DNA of 64,000 nucleotides from Spirochaetia bacterium (lineage in GTDB: Bacteria > Spirochaetota > Spirochaetia > CADAEX01). A model generated the notes under the pieces. That model ran no database searches. It was not told the DNA's origin and was given only the letters and a program-made list of their open reading frames with translations. The stretch spans positions 3,520,001 to 3,584,000 of the forward strand of contig OY759746.1 of assembly GCA_963662795.1 (NCBI GenBank), written 5' to 3'. Below are positions 19,434 through 31,217 of this stretch, piece by piece. The translations under genes were made by a program, and so were the position numbers. Position 1 is the stretch's first letter. Each line of letters opens with the position of its first letter.

Positions 19434-20206
19434 TGTTCCTTGCTTTTCTCAATTTTTATTGTTTTTATTTTATGGCCTTCCATGTTATTTACAATAAAAT
19501 TAACCCCTCTGTAGGAAACCTTTTCATATTTTACAGGTATTTTGCCAAATAAATCAAATACAAATCCTCCGAGCGTATCATAATCTTCATGAGGAAGATC
19601 TATATCAAGCTGTTTGTTAACATCTTCAATATATGCCCTTGTATCGCATAAATACTGGAAGTCATCAATTTTAATGATATCTTCTTCTTCATCATCAAAT
19701 TCATCCTGTATATCGCCTACTATTTCTTCGATGATATCTTCGAGGCATACAATGCCTGAAACACCGCCGTATTCGTCAACGGCAATTGCGATATGAACCC
19801 TTCTTCTCTTGAATTCATGCAGCAGCGAATTAATCCTTTTACTTTCAGGAATAAAATAGGGTACTCTTGCTATTTTTTCTATATCAATTTCCTGTTTTGT
19901 TACGATATAACGGAGCAAATCTTTTGCATAAAGAATTCCTATTACATTATCGATTGTATCCTTGTAGACAGGAAACCTGGAATGTGCGCTTTCAGTTACA
20001 GCCTGAAGCATCTCGTCCGGCGGCATATTGCTTGCTATAAATACAACATCGATCCGTGGTATCATAACCTCTTTGACTGTAGTTCCTGATAGTTCAACAA
20101 TTCCTCTAATCATGTCCTTTTCTTCATGATTTAATTCACTATAATTTTCATCTTCATCATCACGGTTCAGTCCCAATAATCTGTTTAAAAAACCACTCTT
20201 TTTCAA
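19430..20206 (-). CDS. CorC/TlyC-family CBS-pair protein
   Basis: VKEVMIPR, HSRFPVY, VDEYGGVSGIVCLEDIIEEIVGDIQDEFD and TLGGF. Confidence 0.92.
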   Translation of the reverse strand: MKKSGFLNRLLGLNRDDEDENYSELNHEEKDMIRGIVELSGTTVKEVMIPRIDVVFIASNMPPDEMLQAVTESAHSRFPVYKDTIDNVIGILYAKDLLRYIVTKQEIDIEKIARVPYFIPESKRINSLLHEFKRRRVHIAIAVDEYGGVSGIVCLEDIIEEIVGDIQDEFDDEEEDIIKIDDFQYLCDTRAYIEDVNKQLDIDLPHEDYDTLGGFVFDLFGKIPVKYEKVSYRGVNFIVNNMEGHKIKTIKIEKSKEQ

Positions 20207-20670
20207 AATATTTTAACTCCTGTAAACTTTTTAAGAATATCTTCCTGTATAACAAGCATTTCCTGTTCCGGATTGTTATCACTGTGCGTATAACCGTTCA
20301 GGTGCAGAATCCCATGTATTAAAAGTCTTGTAAATTCCTCATTAATGTCAACTTTAAATTTTTCCGAGTTTTTTATAAGTGTTTCCATTGATATTACAAT
20401 GTCTCCGGCATAGACAGTTCCGTCTTCATGTACCGGGAAGCTGCTTTCTATCTGCGGGAAAGATAATACATCTGTAGGTTCGTCCTTTCCGCGAAAATCG
20501 CAATTAAGATTTTTTATAAAAGAATCGCTGCAGATAACAAGCGATAATTCCCAATTCATTATTGAGAGTATATCAAATATTTTACTGCATAACATTCTTA
20601 TTTTTTTCGCAAAAGCAGTCTTATCAGAAATAATGCCGATTTCTTCGAATTGTATATCAACCCTGTTCAT
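20203..20670 (-). CDS. ybeY: rRNA maturation endoribonuclease YbeY
   Basis: LN.DFRGKD.PTDVLSF, GDIVIS and HGILHLNGYTH. Likely start at 20670. Confidence 0.95.
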   Translation of the reverse strand: MNRVDIQFEEIGIISDKTAFAKKIRMLCSKIFDILSIMNWELSLVICSDSFIKNLNCDFRGKDEPTDVLSFPQIESSFPVHEDGTVYAGDIVISMETLIKNSEKFKVDINEEFTRLLIHGILHLNGYTHSDNNPEQEMLVIQEDILKKFTGVKIF

Positions 20671-22897
20671 TTTTTTCCGCTTCCCTGACATCGGGATATT
20701 CAATTCTGCTGTGAAAACTTCCTGCAATGGTTTTCAAAAAGGAATCCCTTATGATTTTTAAATCATTAAAAGTCAGCTCACTTTCTGTTATCTGATCTGT
20801 CTCTATTTTTGAAAGCATTGTTTGCCATATAAATTTTTCAATTCTTGACATCGTAGGTTTTTTCAGGGCCCTTGTAGCCGCTTCCACGCTGTCGGCAAGA
20901 AGAACAACCGCGGCTTCCTTGGATCTTGGTTTACCTTCTGTGTATGAATAATCAAGCGGGGTTACTTTAGCTTTATTTTCAAGTTTAAGCGCCTGCACAT
21001 AAAAATAGGCTATAAGCCCGTTTCCATGATGCTGGGCAATAATATCGATAACAGCCTGAGGAAGGCCAAGCTCTTTTGCTTTTTCAATACCTATTTTTAC
21101 GTGCGATTTTATTACTGAAACTGACATACTTGGTTTTAAATCATCATGCTTGTTGAAAGCCTTCTGATTTTCTATAAAATATTCCGCCTGGTCAATTTTA
21201 CCGATATCATGGTAATACGCCCCGACTCTTGCAAGAAGAGGATTGGCACCTATAGCCCTGCATGCAGTTTCAGCAAGGTTTCCTACATTGAGCGAATGGC
21301 TGAATGTCCCAGGAGCACGGCTGTGCATTTTTTTCAGAACAGGATTATTCAGATCGGAAAGTTCTATCAGCCGGAATCTGGTAGGTGAATTAAGTACATG
21401 TTCAATTATCGGGAGTACACCAAGAGTAAGAATTCCTGAGAGAAATCCATTGATAAATGCAATGCCGGAAGATACAAGCAGTATCTTTACATCAAAATTT
21501 GTAAAAAACAAAAGTGTATTTATAAAGAATATATTTAAAAACCCGTTTTTTATTCCCGCATTAATAAGATCTATTCTTGTTTCTGTTTTTCTGACACAAA
21601 AAACACCGCTTATGCCGTTAAGCAGAGCGAAAAAAGATGCATACGGTGAAAAATTACCTGTAACCAGTACGATAAAACTCATGACAACCGCGAAATTTAT
21701 TCCTGCTGCCTGTGAGATAACAAGAGATAATACCATCGTAAAAAGAGGCACAGGTATTAAAAGGGCAAAATTAAACCAGTCAGGCAGGATGAAAAGCTTG
21801 AGGACAGCAAGTGTATAGATAAAAAACAATTCTGCAAGTATCAAAAGCAGTATGACCTCACCCGGATTGTTTTTCCTTAGTACTCCATTTTGTGCAAAAA
21901 GGATGATAGAGAGGAAATATATTGAAATCAGATAAAGAAATATTGCTGTCAGTTTTCTGTAGTTTGTTTTTATTACAGTACTGCCCATGGATTTGATAAT
22001 TTCCATATCCCTGTCTGTTATAATAAATCCCTTCTCTACAATAACATCTCCTTTTTTTATGCTGCTGAATACCGGTGTTGTGTTTGAAAGTACTCTTTCC
22101 CGTTTTTTTTGTGTTTCTTCAAAATCATAAAAACAGTTTTCCCTTGAAAAGATATATACAAGGTCCTTTACAAGTCTTTCTTCCTTTTCCGAATATTTAT
22201 TCAGCATTGACAAGGCAAAATCCCTTATTTTATCCCTTGTAAGCGCTTCTGAAAACCTTATATCTTCTTTTTCCCTTTTTCCGTCAGTCCATCTCCATAT
22301 CTCAAACAGCTCATCCTTTTGATAGGCACCTGCTTCACCGTTATCAGAAACCATAATGCCCCTGTTCATTGCAGCATTCAGAATTGTGCCTGACATTTCA
22401 AGTATTGAAATAGCTGACGGTTTTTCATAAAGATGCATGAGAATATTTTTATTGATATCAGGATAACGTGAAATATAATCAGAAAAAGATTTTTCCAGTT
22501 CCTTCTCATTCTTTTTTTCATCAAGGAATGCCCTGAATCTTGCGGAAAAAGCATCAAAACTGGAAACAGTTTCATCAACAATCTCTTTATAAACCTTGAA
22601 AACAGGAGTTATTTTTCTTTCAAGCTCATAATCCCGCTTTGACGTGCTTTTTTTATCAATATATTCAAAATCATATTCAGCTGTGATAGTTCTTTCAGCA
22701 ACCTTCCCTGCTTCATAGTTCTTTATTTCCATCTGATAAAAATATGAATCTACTTTTAAAAACAGGAACAAAAGGACTGAATTAATCAGTAAAGTTGAAA
22801 TAAGAAGAATGATATTAAGATCAATTTTCTTATAAATCCTGAATAACTGTATTTTGAATTTTTTATTTTTAGTCTTATTTTTCTTTTTCATATGCAT
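20657..22897 (-). CDS. 7TM-HD phosphohydrolase (PgpH-like, putative c-di-AMP phosphodiesterase)
   Basis: Extracytoplasmic domain and TM bundle, then APGTFSHS, YYHDIGK, QHHG and LADSVEA. Start may be 22891. Confidence 0.88.
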   Translation of the reverse strand: MHMKKKNKTKNKKFKIQLFRIYKKIDLNIILLISTLLINSVLLFLFLKVDSYFYQMEIKNYEAGKVAERTITAEYDFEYIDKKSTSKRDYELERKITPVFKVYKEIVDETVSSFDAFSARFRAFLDEKKNEKELEKSFSDYISRYPDINKNILMHLYEKPSAISILEMSGTILNAAMNRGIMVSDNGEAGAYQKDELFEIWRWTDGKREKEDIRFSEALTRDKIRDFALSMLNKYSEKEERLVKDLVYIFSRENCFYDFEETQKKRERVLSNTTPVFSSIKKGDVIVEKGFIITDRDMEIIKSMGSTVIKTNYRKLTAIFLYLISIYFLSIILFAQNGVLRKNNPGEVILLLILAELFFIYTLAVLKLFILPDWFNFALLIPVPLFTMVLSLVISQAAGINFAVVMSFIVLVTGNFSPYASFFALLNGISGVFCVRKTETRIDLINAGIKNGFLNIFFINTLLFFTNFDVKILLVSSGIAFINGFLSGILTLGVLPIIEHVLNSPTRFRLIELSDLNNPVLKKMHSRAPGTFSHSLNVGNLAETACRAIGANPLLARVGAYYHDIGKIDQAEYFIENQKAFNKHDDLKPSMSVSVIKSHVKIGIEKAKELGLPQAVIDIIAQHHGNGLIAYFYVQALKLENKAKVTPLDYSYTEGKPRSKEAAVVLLADSVEAATRALKKPTMSRIEKFIWQTMLSKIETDQITESELTFNDLKIIRDSFLKTIAGSFHSRIEYPDVREAEKNEQG

Positions 22898-23843
22898 CGA
22901 TAATTTTTTTGATTAAAGGATTTCTCATTACATCTTCTGAAGAAAAAAAAGAAAATCCTATTTCGTTTATATGAGCAAGCATATTGACTGCATGGATAAG
23001 GCCGGAATGTTTTTTGTTCGGGAGATCAATCTGCGTAATATCTCCTGTGATTATGGCTCTGGAGTCTTCGGCAATCCTTGTCAGAAACATTTTCATCTGT
23101 TCTTTAGTCGTATTCTGTGCTTCATCAAGTATTATAAAAGAGTCTGAAAGACTCCGTCCCCTCATGTATGCAAGAGGAGCAATTTCTATTGTCCTGGTTT
23201 CTTCAAGTTTTGAAATCATCTCAAAAGGGATAAGTGATTCCATTGCGTCGTACAAAGGCCTAAGGTAAGGGTTGATTTTCTGTGCAAGATCTCCCGGAAG
23301 AAATCCGAGGCTCTCGCCGGCTTCTACTACAGGCCTGGTAAGAATAAGTTTTCTCTTTTTTTTCTGGAGTATTTCGCTTAATGCTTTTGCAACTGCGAGA
23401 TATGTTTTACCTGTACCTGCAGGACCCACCGCAAAAATTATGTCATTTTCCATAAATTTCTTTAAAAGCGATATCTGGTTATAACTTCTGGGATAAACTC
23501 TTTTACTGCTCCCCGGTATTATAAGCTCGAGATCCTCAATTTCATTTTTAAGATTTTCCCTGTATCCGTTTAACTGCTGATAACAGATACTTGAATAAAT
23601 ACCTTTGATCAGATCAGGGCCTGGAATGCAGCCTCTTTCTGTGTAATCCTGGAGTTTTTCAATAATTTTATTGAACTGGTCCTGTTTTTCATTGTTATCC
23701 GAGGAAAAATATATTTCGTTTCCTATTGTATATACATGGGAGCCAAGCAAGTCTTCAATCAGCCTTAGATTGGAATCATTGGATCCGCAAAGGTCCGAAA
23801 GCTTTTTATGGTTATCAAGTACTACTGAATATTTATCTTTCAA
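22875..23843 (-). CDS. phoH: PhoH-family ATPase
   Basis: GPAGTGKT, LGFLPGDL, LAYMRGRSL, DEAQN and TGDITQIDL. Confidence 0.93.
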   Translation of the reverse strand: MKDKYSVVLDNHKKLSDLCGSNDSNLRLIEDLLGSHVYTIGNEIYFSSDNNEKQDQFNKIIEKLQDYTERGCIPGPDLIKGIYSSICYQQLNGYRENLKNEIEDLELIIPGSSKRVYPRSYNQISLLKKFMENDIIFAVGPAGTGKTYLAVAKALSEILQKKKRKLILTRPVVEAGESLGFLPGDLAQKINPYLRPLYDAMESLIPFEMISKLEETRTIEIAPLAYMRGRSLSDSFIILDEAQNTTKEQMKMFLTRIAEDSRAIITGDITQIDLPNKKHSGLIHAVNMLAHINEIGFSFFSSEDVMRNPLIKKIIDAYEKEK

Positions 23844-23861
23844 ATTTATCCCTTGAAATTG

Positions 23862-23891
23862 ATTCTATAAAGCAATTTCTTATAAAGTCAA
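23862..23891 (-). promoter_or_regulatory. possible sigma70 promoter for the phoH-ybeY operon
   Basis: TTGACT-18nt-TAGAAT on the minus strand. Confidence 0.4.
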
Positions 23892-23911
23892 GCATCATTA
23901 CCTATTATATA

Positions 23912-26900
23912 TTAGAATGAGATATCATTGTTATTTATTTTAATTTCAGTTTTTATTTCTTTTATGGGGTTCCACTGCATCATTATTGTTGTTTCCGATT
24001 TCCATTGCCACTCCGGTACACCGGTAGAAGGCTGATAAAGATCTGGTGCGCCGCTGTACTGAAGGGTTAAATCCCAGTCTCCAAGGTGGTGAACGGCCTT
24101 TACTTCTACTTCCTTAAGCTTGAAAAAAGACTCATATCGGTCATTGCTGCCGTCAAAAAAGTTAAATGATTTCATGAGATCAGAGAAGGGATTTACCGTC
24201 TCTTCCCCAAGCTGCCTTGCATAGGACGGAAAATATCTGTACGTGCTGTTGTTTTCAGATTTTGAATTAAAGCTTAGATCAAGGAATTTATGTATATTCA
24301 TTTCAAATCCAAAATCAAAAACCAGCGAGTTTTCCGTGAATTCCTGCAGATCCATTACCCAGCTTGTCAGGATATTTGTTTTGTATCTTACCCTGTTTTT
24401 CCAGACCGGCATAAAATATCTGGTAAAATCAATCGTAGCGGAAAATTCCGAGGGGACAAATTTTTCAGTATCTCCTTCAATCCATCCGAAACCTGATTGA
24501 TATTCCATGGGATATTTTCTTTCCGCCTTATATTTTGTTTCAAAAAACCATAAATTCAACAATGATGACATTTCAAGAGGAGAGCTTTCAGGGAATCCGT
24601 ACTCATAACTCTGCATGAAAAACACTTCATCATATAAAAAACTGATTCTGCCGATAGTTTCACTGCTATCCCACTCATCGTTTTCACCGTCATAAATTGT
24701 TATCTGTTCAAGATATGTTTTGTTGTCATAGGATAATTTCTCTTTCCACGTGAAATCACCGTATTCCCAGTTGTCCTCTGTTTTTTCATAGGCTTTAAAA
24801 TTCAAGGTTGAAGTAAGCGGTCCGGTTCTTATGATATCTTCATTCTCTACTTCCTGAAGAAGCGGAGGAAGAACAGTTATTATTCTGAAATGCTGTATCT
24901 GGTTCCAGTTTGCAAGGTATTTAAGATTGAAATCAGCTTCATGTTCCGTAAAATATTCTTTATCAAACTGAAAATATGAATCTTTATAAACAGGATTATC
25001 TGAGTTATCAAGATACTCAAATTCTTTTTTTGCAAGAATCGTATTAACCTGATAAGTAAAAAAAGACTGGTCATACATGTCGTATTTTAACAGGGGATAA
25101 ACCGTAAAGAGGGATTTATTTTGAATTTTAAGATATGATGCCTTATAATCCTGCAACAGATAACTGTCCCAAGCAGTATCTTCAATACTGTCAGACCTGT
25201 TGTAATGTATTCTGTAATCTTCGGTTAATATTAAATTGTTTGTGAAACTGGTGAAATCCTCATATAAATCAGCTTCATATGTAACATTTGCGTTACCGTA
25301 TATCCTCATAGCTGAATATGCCTGTTCAAAGGTTACCTCATCTGGTTCTTCCCACTCTGAATAATCCATTGTTTCTGTTACAGATATACTTGGAGAAATT
25401 GAATATGACATTCCATGCTGGAAAAATTTTCTCCTTTTGTATAGTTTTACAGATTCATCATTCATTTTTTCATATTCAAGCACTCTTTCAGATACATCTG
25501 AATTATATTTCTCGCCTTCGTCAGAAGAAGCGGAAGACTTTTCACTCTGCCATGGTTCAAGAAGTTCTCCGGTACCCGGGTCATCTGTCTTTTCAAAATC
25601 AGTGTTTTTATGAAATGAATCATAACTCCTGCTGAAAATATTTCCTTTTACGGTAAACGAAAGATCCGGGAATTTATAATATTCGGGATAATAAAAATAC
25701 TGCTGCGGGAAAAAATAATCCGTCCTTGCATAATAGGGAATATATCCGTCAAGCTCCGGATCTGTACCGGAAAAACCTGTATCGGACTGTTTTTTATTTT
25801 TCCAGTTAAGTGAAAAATCAATTCTTGAAATATTTATATCAGTAATAAATCCTCCCAGGTAATCTTCAGAAATATTATAGGATCCGTGGAAATACCACCA
25901 CAATCTGTCAAGAATTCCTGTATCTATATCAGAATCGGAATCTTCATCTTCTTCTTCAAGCCCCAGAACTTTACTCCAGTCTGTTTTTTCGGCCCTCTCA
26001 TTAAAATCTCGCAGAAAATATGGGTCAGAGTACAAATCAAGATAAAGAGAATATTGGAATTCTTTGTATGTGTTTTCCATGTCAAGATTAGCACCGAAAC
26101 GGAACGGAATATTATATTTAAGAAAATTAGAGTCATTCCACGAACTTTTAAACTCACCATCCTCGTTTTCATAAAACGGTGTATATGCATTCCCGGGACT
26201 GATATATATATTTCTGCTTCTGGCAAGTCCAGCATAAAAATCAGCAGAATCTGTCTTGCCTTCTATTCCGCTGAAAAAGCCGAGTCTTGAGTATGCGTCA
26301 AACATTATTTTAATATAATTTTCATCTTCAGATATCTCTTCCTTTTTTTCCTTTTTCTTTAAAAATATACCGTTAAGCTCTGTTTCATATTTAGCGTCCT
26401 CCTCTGTCAGCGCAAGAAAAGAGAGATTCTGACTTGTTTCAGGCTCTCCGAGCAGATAGGTTGTTGTCTGGAGGAAATAACCGTGAGGTATTTTCATGCC
26501 GAAAGCAGGATTAAAAACAAGTTTATCACCGGGATGGAAAAAGAACGGAAAATAAAAAACCGGTACATGTCCGACATATAATACAGCGTTTTTGACACCC
26601 CACTCCCCTGGAGCAAGTACCCAGATTCTTTTTGCCTTGATGTTATAATAGGGGTCTTCGGGTTTGCTTGACGTTATTTCGGCTTTATCCAGTATTACCA
26701 GATCATTTTCGGATCTGTAGATCCTTTTTCCGGAATAAAGAAAGGTAAGTTCATTTCCGTCCTGTTCCTTAATTTTTTCAGAAGTACCTTCGATGAAAAT
26801 ACCTTCCCAATTGGTAATATTGAATGACAGTTTTTCACCCCGGAATATTTCGTCACCTTCTTTCCCTTTTCTTGTATAGTTAACATTACCGAATGCTGTT

Positions 26901-27433
26901 ATAAGATTGTTTTCCTGGTTCAGGATTATCCTGTCGGTTTTTATTATATGTGTTGTCTGCTTTTTTTTGTCTTCCATCGTTACAACAACGTTGCCGCTGA
27001 TTTTTATATAATTTTCATCAATTTTTTCTATATTGAAATATTCTGTTCTTTCTGCTGATTCTATCATCAGGGTGTTTTTTTCTTCTGCCTTGCCATCATC
27101 TGTTAATTCAGCCTGACTATAATAATCATAAAGTCTCTTCTGCAGATCTTTTTTACCCCCTTTTTCGTCAAGTCCCAGGTATCTGCACCATGCAGCAAGT
27201 TCATAAAAATCTGCAGTAGAAATATCTGTGCTTAAAGTTTTCTGAAAAAGTGTTTTATCCGGCTCATCCGCGGGAAGGTTCTGATCCGCAGACTGGTAAT
27301 CAGCTGTAGAACCGGACAGAGATTCATTCTGATTTGCAGCCTGGGGATAAGCAGGTGATATTTTTACAATAAAAAAAAAGAGGAAAATCAGTTTTATGGA
27401 AATACTATTTTTATATATTTCCATCAACGTCAT
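23912..27433 (-). CDS. LptD-like outer-membrane protein (spirochaete type)
   Basis: Signal peptide, OstA-like beta-jellyroll (GNV...D.I...AFGNV; NAVLYVGHVPVFYFPFF), long aromatic beta-rich barrel and C-terminal Phe. Confidence 0.78.
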   Translation of the reverse strand: MTLMEIYKNSISIKLIFLFFFIVKISPAYPQAANQNESLSGSTADYQSADQNLPADEPDKTLFQKTLSTDISTADFYELAAWCRYLGLDEKGGKKDLQKRLYDYYSQAELTDDGKAEEKNTLMIESAERTEYFNIEKIDENYIKISGNVVVTMEDKKKQTTHIIKTDRIILNQENNLITAFGNVNYTRKGKEGDEIFRGEKLSFNITNWEGIFIEGTSEKIKEQDGNELTFLYSGKRIYRSENDLVILDKAEITSSKPEDPYYNIKAKRIWVLAPGEWGVKNAVLYVGHVPVFYFPFFFHPGDKLVFNPAFGMKIPHGYFLQTTTYLLGEPETSQNLSFLALTEEDAKYETELNGIFLKKKEKKEEISEDENYIKIMFDAYSRLGFFSGIEGKTDSADFYAGLARSRNIYISPGNAYTPFYENEDGEFKSSWNDSNFLKYNIPFRFGANLDMENTYKEFQYSLYLDLYSDPYFLRDFNERAEKTDWSKVLGLEEEDEDSDSDIDTGILDRLWWYFHGSYNISEDYLGGFITDINISRIDFSLNWKNKKQSDTGFSGTDPELDGYIPYYARTDYFFPQQYFYYPEYYKFPDLSFTVKGNIFSRSYDSFHKNTDFEKTDDPGTGELLEPWQSEKSSASSDEGEKYNSDVSERVLEYEKMNDESVKLYKRRKFFQHGMSYSISPSISVTETMDYSEWEEPDEVTFEQAYSAMRIYGNANVTYEADLYEDFTSFTNNLILTEDYRIHYNRSDSIEDTAWDSYLLQDYKASYLKIQNKSLFTVYPLLKYDMYDQSFFTYQVNTILAKKEFEYLDNSDNPVYKDSYFQFDKEYFTEHEADFNLKYLANWNQIQHFRIITVLPPLLQEVENEDIIRTGPLTSTLNFKAYEKTEDNWEYGDFTWKEKLSYDNKTYLEQITIYDGENDEWDSSETIGRISFLYDEVFFMQSYEYGFPESSPLEMSSLLNLWFFETKYKAERKYPMEYQSGFGWIEGDTEKFVPSEFSATIDFTRYFMPVWKNRVRYKTNILTSWVMDLQEFTENSLVFDFGFEMNIHKFLDLSFNSKSENNSTYRYFPSYARQLGEETVNPFSDLMKSFNFFDGSNDRYESFFKLKEVEVKAVHHLGDWDLTLQYSGAPDLYQPSTGVPEWQWKSETTIMMQWNPIKEIKTEIKINNNDISF

Positions 27434-30240
27434 AAATAATCCTTCAGATATTTTCCTGTATATGATTTTTTCTGTTTGATGATTTTTTCCGGGCTGCCGG
27501 CAAACAAAAGTTCACCGCCGCGGCTGCCTCCTTCAGGGCCTAAATCAATTATGTGGTCCGCAGTCTTTATTATATCCATATTATGTTCAATAATTATAAC
27601 AGTATTACCCTTATCGCATATCGCATCAAGAACATTAATCAACTGTCTTACATCGCTGAAGTGAAGTCCTGTTGTCGGTTCATCAAGAATGTACAGCGTG
27701 TTTCCCGTATTTGTCTTTGAGAGTTCGCTTGAAAGCTTGACCCTCTGCGCTTCACCGCCGGACAGTGTTAAAGCTGACTGCCCAAGCTTTATGTATCCAA
27801 GCCCGACTTCATTCAACGCAGACAGTTTCCTCCTGACAGCCGGTATGGGACTGAAGAATTCAAGCGCATCCTCAACAGTCATATCCAAAACATCGTGGAT
27901 ATTTTTACCCTTATATCTTATTTCAAGCGTATCACGGTTAAATCTTTTACCTTTGCATACATCACATGTTATATAAACATCCGGAAGGAAATGCATTTCA
28001 ATTTTTATTGTTCCGTCCCCTTCACAGTTTTCGCATCTGCCTCCCTTTACATTGAATGAAAATCTTCCCGGCTTGTAGCCTCTGGCTCTTGATTCGGGAA
28101 GATTGGAAAACAGGTCCCTGATAGGGGTAAAAACTCCAACATAAGTGGCAGGGTTTGACCTTGGAGTACGCCCTATCGGGCTCTGGTCAATACTGATAAT
28201 TTTATCGATATGCTCAATACCGGTAAGTTTTCTGTAATCACCTGCATCCCTCGATGTCCGGTTGATAATATTTGCTACAGCCGGATAAAGAATATCATTG
28301 ACAAGCGTAGACTTCCCTGAGCCTGATACACCTGTTACGACAATCATTTTCCCAAGCGGAAATTCTACATCAATATTTTTAAGATTGTGCTGCGAGGCAC
28401 CTTCAAGTTTTAATATTTTACCGTTTCCGGACCGTCTTGTTTCTTTTACATCTATTTTATCTATACCAGAAAGAAATCTTCCGGTAAGGCTGCTTCTGTT
28501 CTTGACTATAGTTTCAGGGCTTCCCTCCGCGATAAGGCTGCCTCCATGTACGCCGGCAGCAGGGCCCAGTTCAATAATATGGTCAGCCGATTTTATAGTC
28601 TGTTCATCATGTTCGACAACAATAAGTGTGTTTCCAATGTCTCTTAAATGCTTCAGGGTATTAATCAGACGCTGATTATCCCGCTGATGAAGCCCGATTG
28701 TAGGTTCGTCAAGGATATAAAGCACACCGACAAGGGAGGACCCTATCTGTGTCGCAAGGCGTATTCTCTGTGCTTCACCTCCCGACAGTGTTGCGGCCTT
28801 TCTTTCAAGCGTCAGGTAGTCAAGGCCGACACTGATCAGAAAATCAAGCCTTGACCTGATCTCTTTCAGAATCTGCCAGGAAATCTTTTTTTCTGTCTCA
28901 GTAATTTCAATAACATTAAATAAGTCAAAAAGGGCCCCTACAGAGGTTTCCGTCATTTCAAAAATATTTTTCTCAAAAACAGTAACTGCAAGGCTTTCAC
29001 TTCTGAGTCTTCTGCCTCCGCAGGTTTCGCATTTCTTCTGCCTCATAAATCCTTCAAGCCATTCTTTAATTCCGGATGACATGGATTCCCTGTGTCTTCG
29101 CTTAAGGTCGGCTATAATACCTTTGAATTCTGTATTATATTCATACGACCGGTTTTTTTCTGCACTTGTATATTTCACATCAATCTTTTCATCTGTCCCG
29201 TAAAAAAGAATTTCAATAGTTTTTTTATCAAGTTTATTGAATGGTGTATCAAGTGAAAAATTAAACTTTTCCGAAATTGCATCAAACCAGCTTCTATGCC
29301 AGTTTGACCCCGGTTTATATGGAAGAAACGCCCCTTCATTAAAAGAAAGACTTTTATCCGGGACAATAAGATCCGGATCGAATTCCATTGTAATACCCAG
29401 TCCGGAGCAGCTCTGGCAGGCACCGTTCGGGTTATTGAAAGAAAACATGGATGGCTGAAGCTCAGGAATACTGATACTGCATTCAGGACAGGAGTTCTTC
29501 ATCGAAAAAAAATGCTCGCTGTTGTCTGCCATGTCCAGGATAAGCACCATTCCGTCACCAATATCTATTGCAGTTTCCAGTGATTCGCTTATCCTTTTCC
29601 TGGACTCTTCAGTTATTATTATTCTGTCAATAACTATTTCGATTGTGTGTTTTTTATTTTTCTCAAGTTTACCGGCTTCATCAAGATTTATAATCTTCCC
29701 GTCAATTCTTGCACGGGTAAAGCCTGATTTACCCGCATCTTCCAAAATTTTTTCATGTTCACCTTTTTTATTTTTAATTACAGGTGCCATAATAATTATT
29801 TTTGAATTTACAGGAAGACTCATTACTGCATCAAATATCTGGTCTTTTGACTGCTCCTGGATTTCCCTCCCGCACGAGGGGCAGTGCGGTTTTCCTATCC
29901 TTGCGTAAAGCAGACGGAGATAATCATAGATTTCAGTTACTGTGCCGACTGTTGATCTGGGATTCCTGTGTGTAGTTTTCTGTTCAATAGATATTGCAGG
30001 GGACAGCCCTTCAATATAGTCGACATCAGGTTTATCCATTCTGCCGAGAAACTGCCTGGCGTATGAGGAAAGAGATTCCACATACCTTCTCTGTCCTTCA
30101 GCGTAAATTGTGTCGAAAGCAAGAGATGATTTGCCTGAACCGCTCAGGCCGGTTATTACAACCAGTTTGTCTCTTGGTATTTCAATATCCAGATTCTTAA
30201 GATTGTGCTCGCGTGCGCCTTTTATTATTATTTTATCCAT
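27430..30240 (-). CDS. uvrA: excinuclease ABC subunit A
   Basis: [23 protein letters not shown], two LSGGEAQR signatures and Zn-finger Cys pairs. Confidence 0.98.
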   Translation of the reverse strand: MDKIIIKGAREHNLKNLDIEIPRDKLVVITGLSGSGKSSLAFDTIYAEGQRRYVESLSSYARQFLGRMDKPDVDYIEGLSPAISIEQKTTHRNPRSTVGTVTEIYDYLRLLYARIGKPHCPSCGREIQEQSKDQIFDAVMSLPVNSKIIIMAPVIKNKKGEHEKILEDAGKSGFTRARIDGKIINLDEAGKLEKNKKHTIEIVIDRIIITEESRKRISESLETAIDIGDGMVLILDMADNSEHFFSMKNSCPECSISIPELQPSMFSFNNPNGACQSCSGLGITMEFDPDLIVPDKSLSFNEGAFLPYKPGSNWHRSWFDAISEKFNFSLDTPFNKLDKKTIEILFYGTDEKIDVKYTSAEKNRSYEYNTEFKGIIADLKRRHRESMSSGIKEWLEGFMRQKKCETCGGRRLRSESLAVTVFEKNIFEMTETSVGALFDLFNVIEITETEKKISWQILKEIRSRLDFLISVGLDYLTLERKAATLSGGEAQRIRLATQIGSSLVGVLYILDEPTIGLHQRDNQRLINTLKHLRDIGNTLIVVEHDEQTIKSADHIIELGPAAGVHGGSLIAEGSPETIVKNRSSLTGRFLSGIDKIDVKETRRSGNGKILKLEGASQHNLKNIDVEFPLGKMIVVTGVSGSGKSTLVNDILYPAVANIINRTSRDAGDYRKLTGIEHIDKIISIDQSPIGRTPRSNPATYVGVFTPIRDLFSNLPESRARGYKPGRFSFNVKGGRCENCEGDGTIKIEMHFLPDVYITCDVCKGKRFNRDTLEIRYKGKNIHDVLDMTVEDALEFFSPIPAVRRKLSALNEVGLGYIKLGQSALTLSGGEAQRVKLSSELSKTNTGNTLYILDEPTTGLHFSDVRQLINVLDAICDKGNTVIIIEHNMDIIKTADHIIDLGPEGGSRGGELLFAGSPEKIIKQKKSYTGKYLKDYL

Positions 30241-30287
30241 TTATAAATTCCGATTTAATTCTAATTTGCTGATAATTGATCTTTCGA

Positions 30288-31217
30288 TCAATCAGAAATG
30301 AGCGAATGAGCTTTTGCTATTCCCTTGATATAATCAGGTGAATAATTGCTGTTTTTTATTCTTACAGACATATCCCTGAAATTGCTTTTAACCCTGCTCT
30401 CCGATAGCATGCTGAAAATATATGCAGACTGATCCCTGATTCCCATATTTTCAAGTGTAAGGGCGAGATAGAAAAAATATTTATAAAAATTTGTTTCTTT
30501 CAGGTAAAAAATCTTTTTTTCATCATTTTCAGATTCTGTGAAAAGCTTTCTATAGTCAGTATAAGTGTATTGCGGATCGTATTCCCTGTGCATTGCAATC
30601 AGTTCCGATGAGATAATGGTTATTGCTGATGCAAAATACTTTAATGCAATACTTTCCCGCGCATGAGAAAAATAGTATACCCCCATTTCTCCATAAGGTT
30701 TAATAAGGGCATCTCCTTCGTGGCGGAAATAATATACCATCTTGTCAAGGCCGTTATCCTTTAGCCTTTCTGACAGGATTGTTTCATAATCATCTGATAC
30801 AGCTGAATTCTTTTTGATTTCATTTATCAGTTTTTCAAGGACATCGTGATATAAAATATAATTTTTCTGCTTTTGGTAGATATTTGACATTTCCAAAAGG
30901 ACTGAAGCGTAAAAATCTTTCGATTCCGCTTTCCAGGAATAATCCAGAGCTCTTTCATATTGTTTTAACGCAAGATTCTGCTCACCTTCATTATCAAATA
31001 TTCTTCCGATCCAGTATTCGGCTTCAGGATATTCCATTTTTTCAGTTGCTTTCCTGAAATACTTAAAAGCGCCGCTGAAATCCTTATTTCTGTATAAATA
31101 CATTCCCTTTTGAAACAATACCCATTCAGGTTCGCCCTTTTCTTCAGAAAAGGAGGAAGAGACTGTAGACATAAATAGCAGAAGCAGAAAAGCTGTAGCA
31201 GATAATATTTTTTTCAA
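30288..31217 (-). CDS. exported TPR/SEL1-like protein
   Basis: Signal peptide; [22 protein letters not shown] repeat. Confidence 0.65.
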   Translation of the reverse strand: MKKILSATAFLLLLFMSTVSSSFSEEKGEPEWVLFQKGMYLYRNKDFSGAFKYFRKATEKMEYPEAEYWIGRIFDNEGEQNLALKQYERALDYSWKAESKDFYASVLLEMSNIYQKQKNYILYHDVLEKLINEIKKNSAVSDDYETILSERLKDNGLDKMVYYFRHEGDALIKPYGEMGVYYFSHARESIALKYFASAITIISSELIAMHREYDPQYTYTDYRKLFTESENDEKKIFYLKETNFYKYFFYLALTLENMGIRDQSAYIFSMLSESRVKSNFRDMSVRIKNSNYSPDYIKGIAKAHSLISD

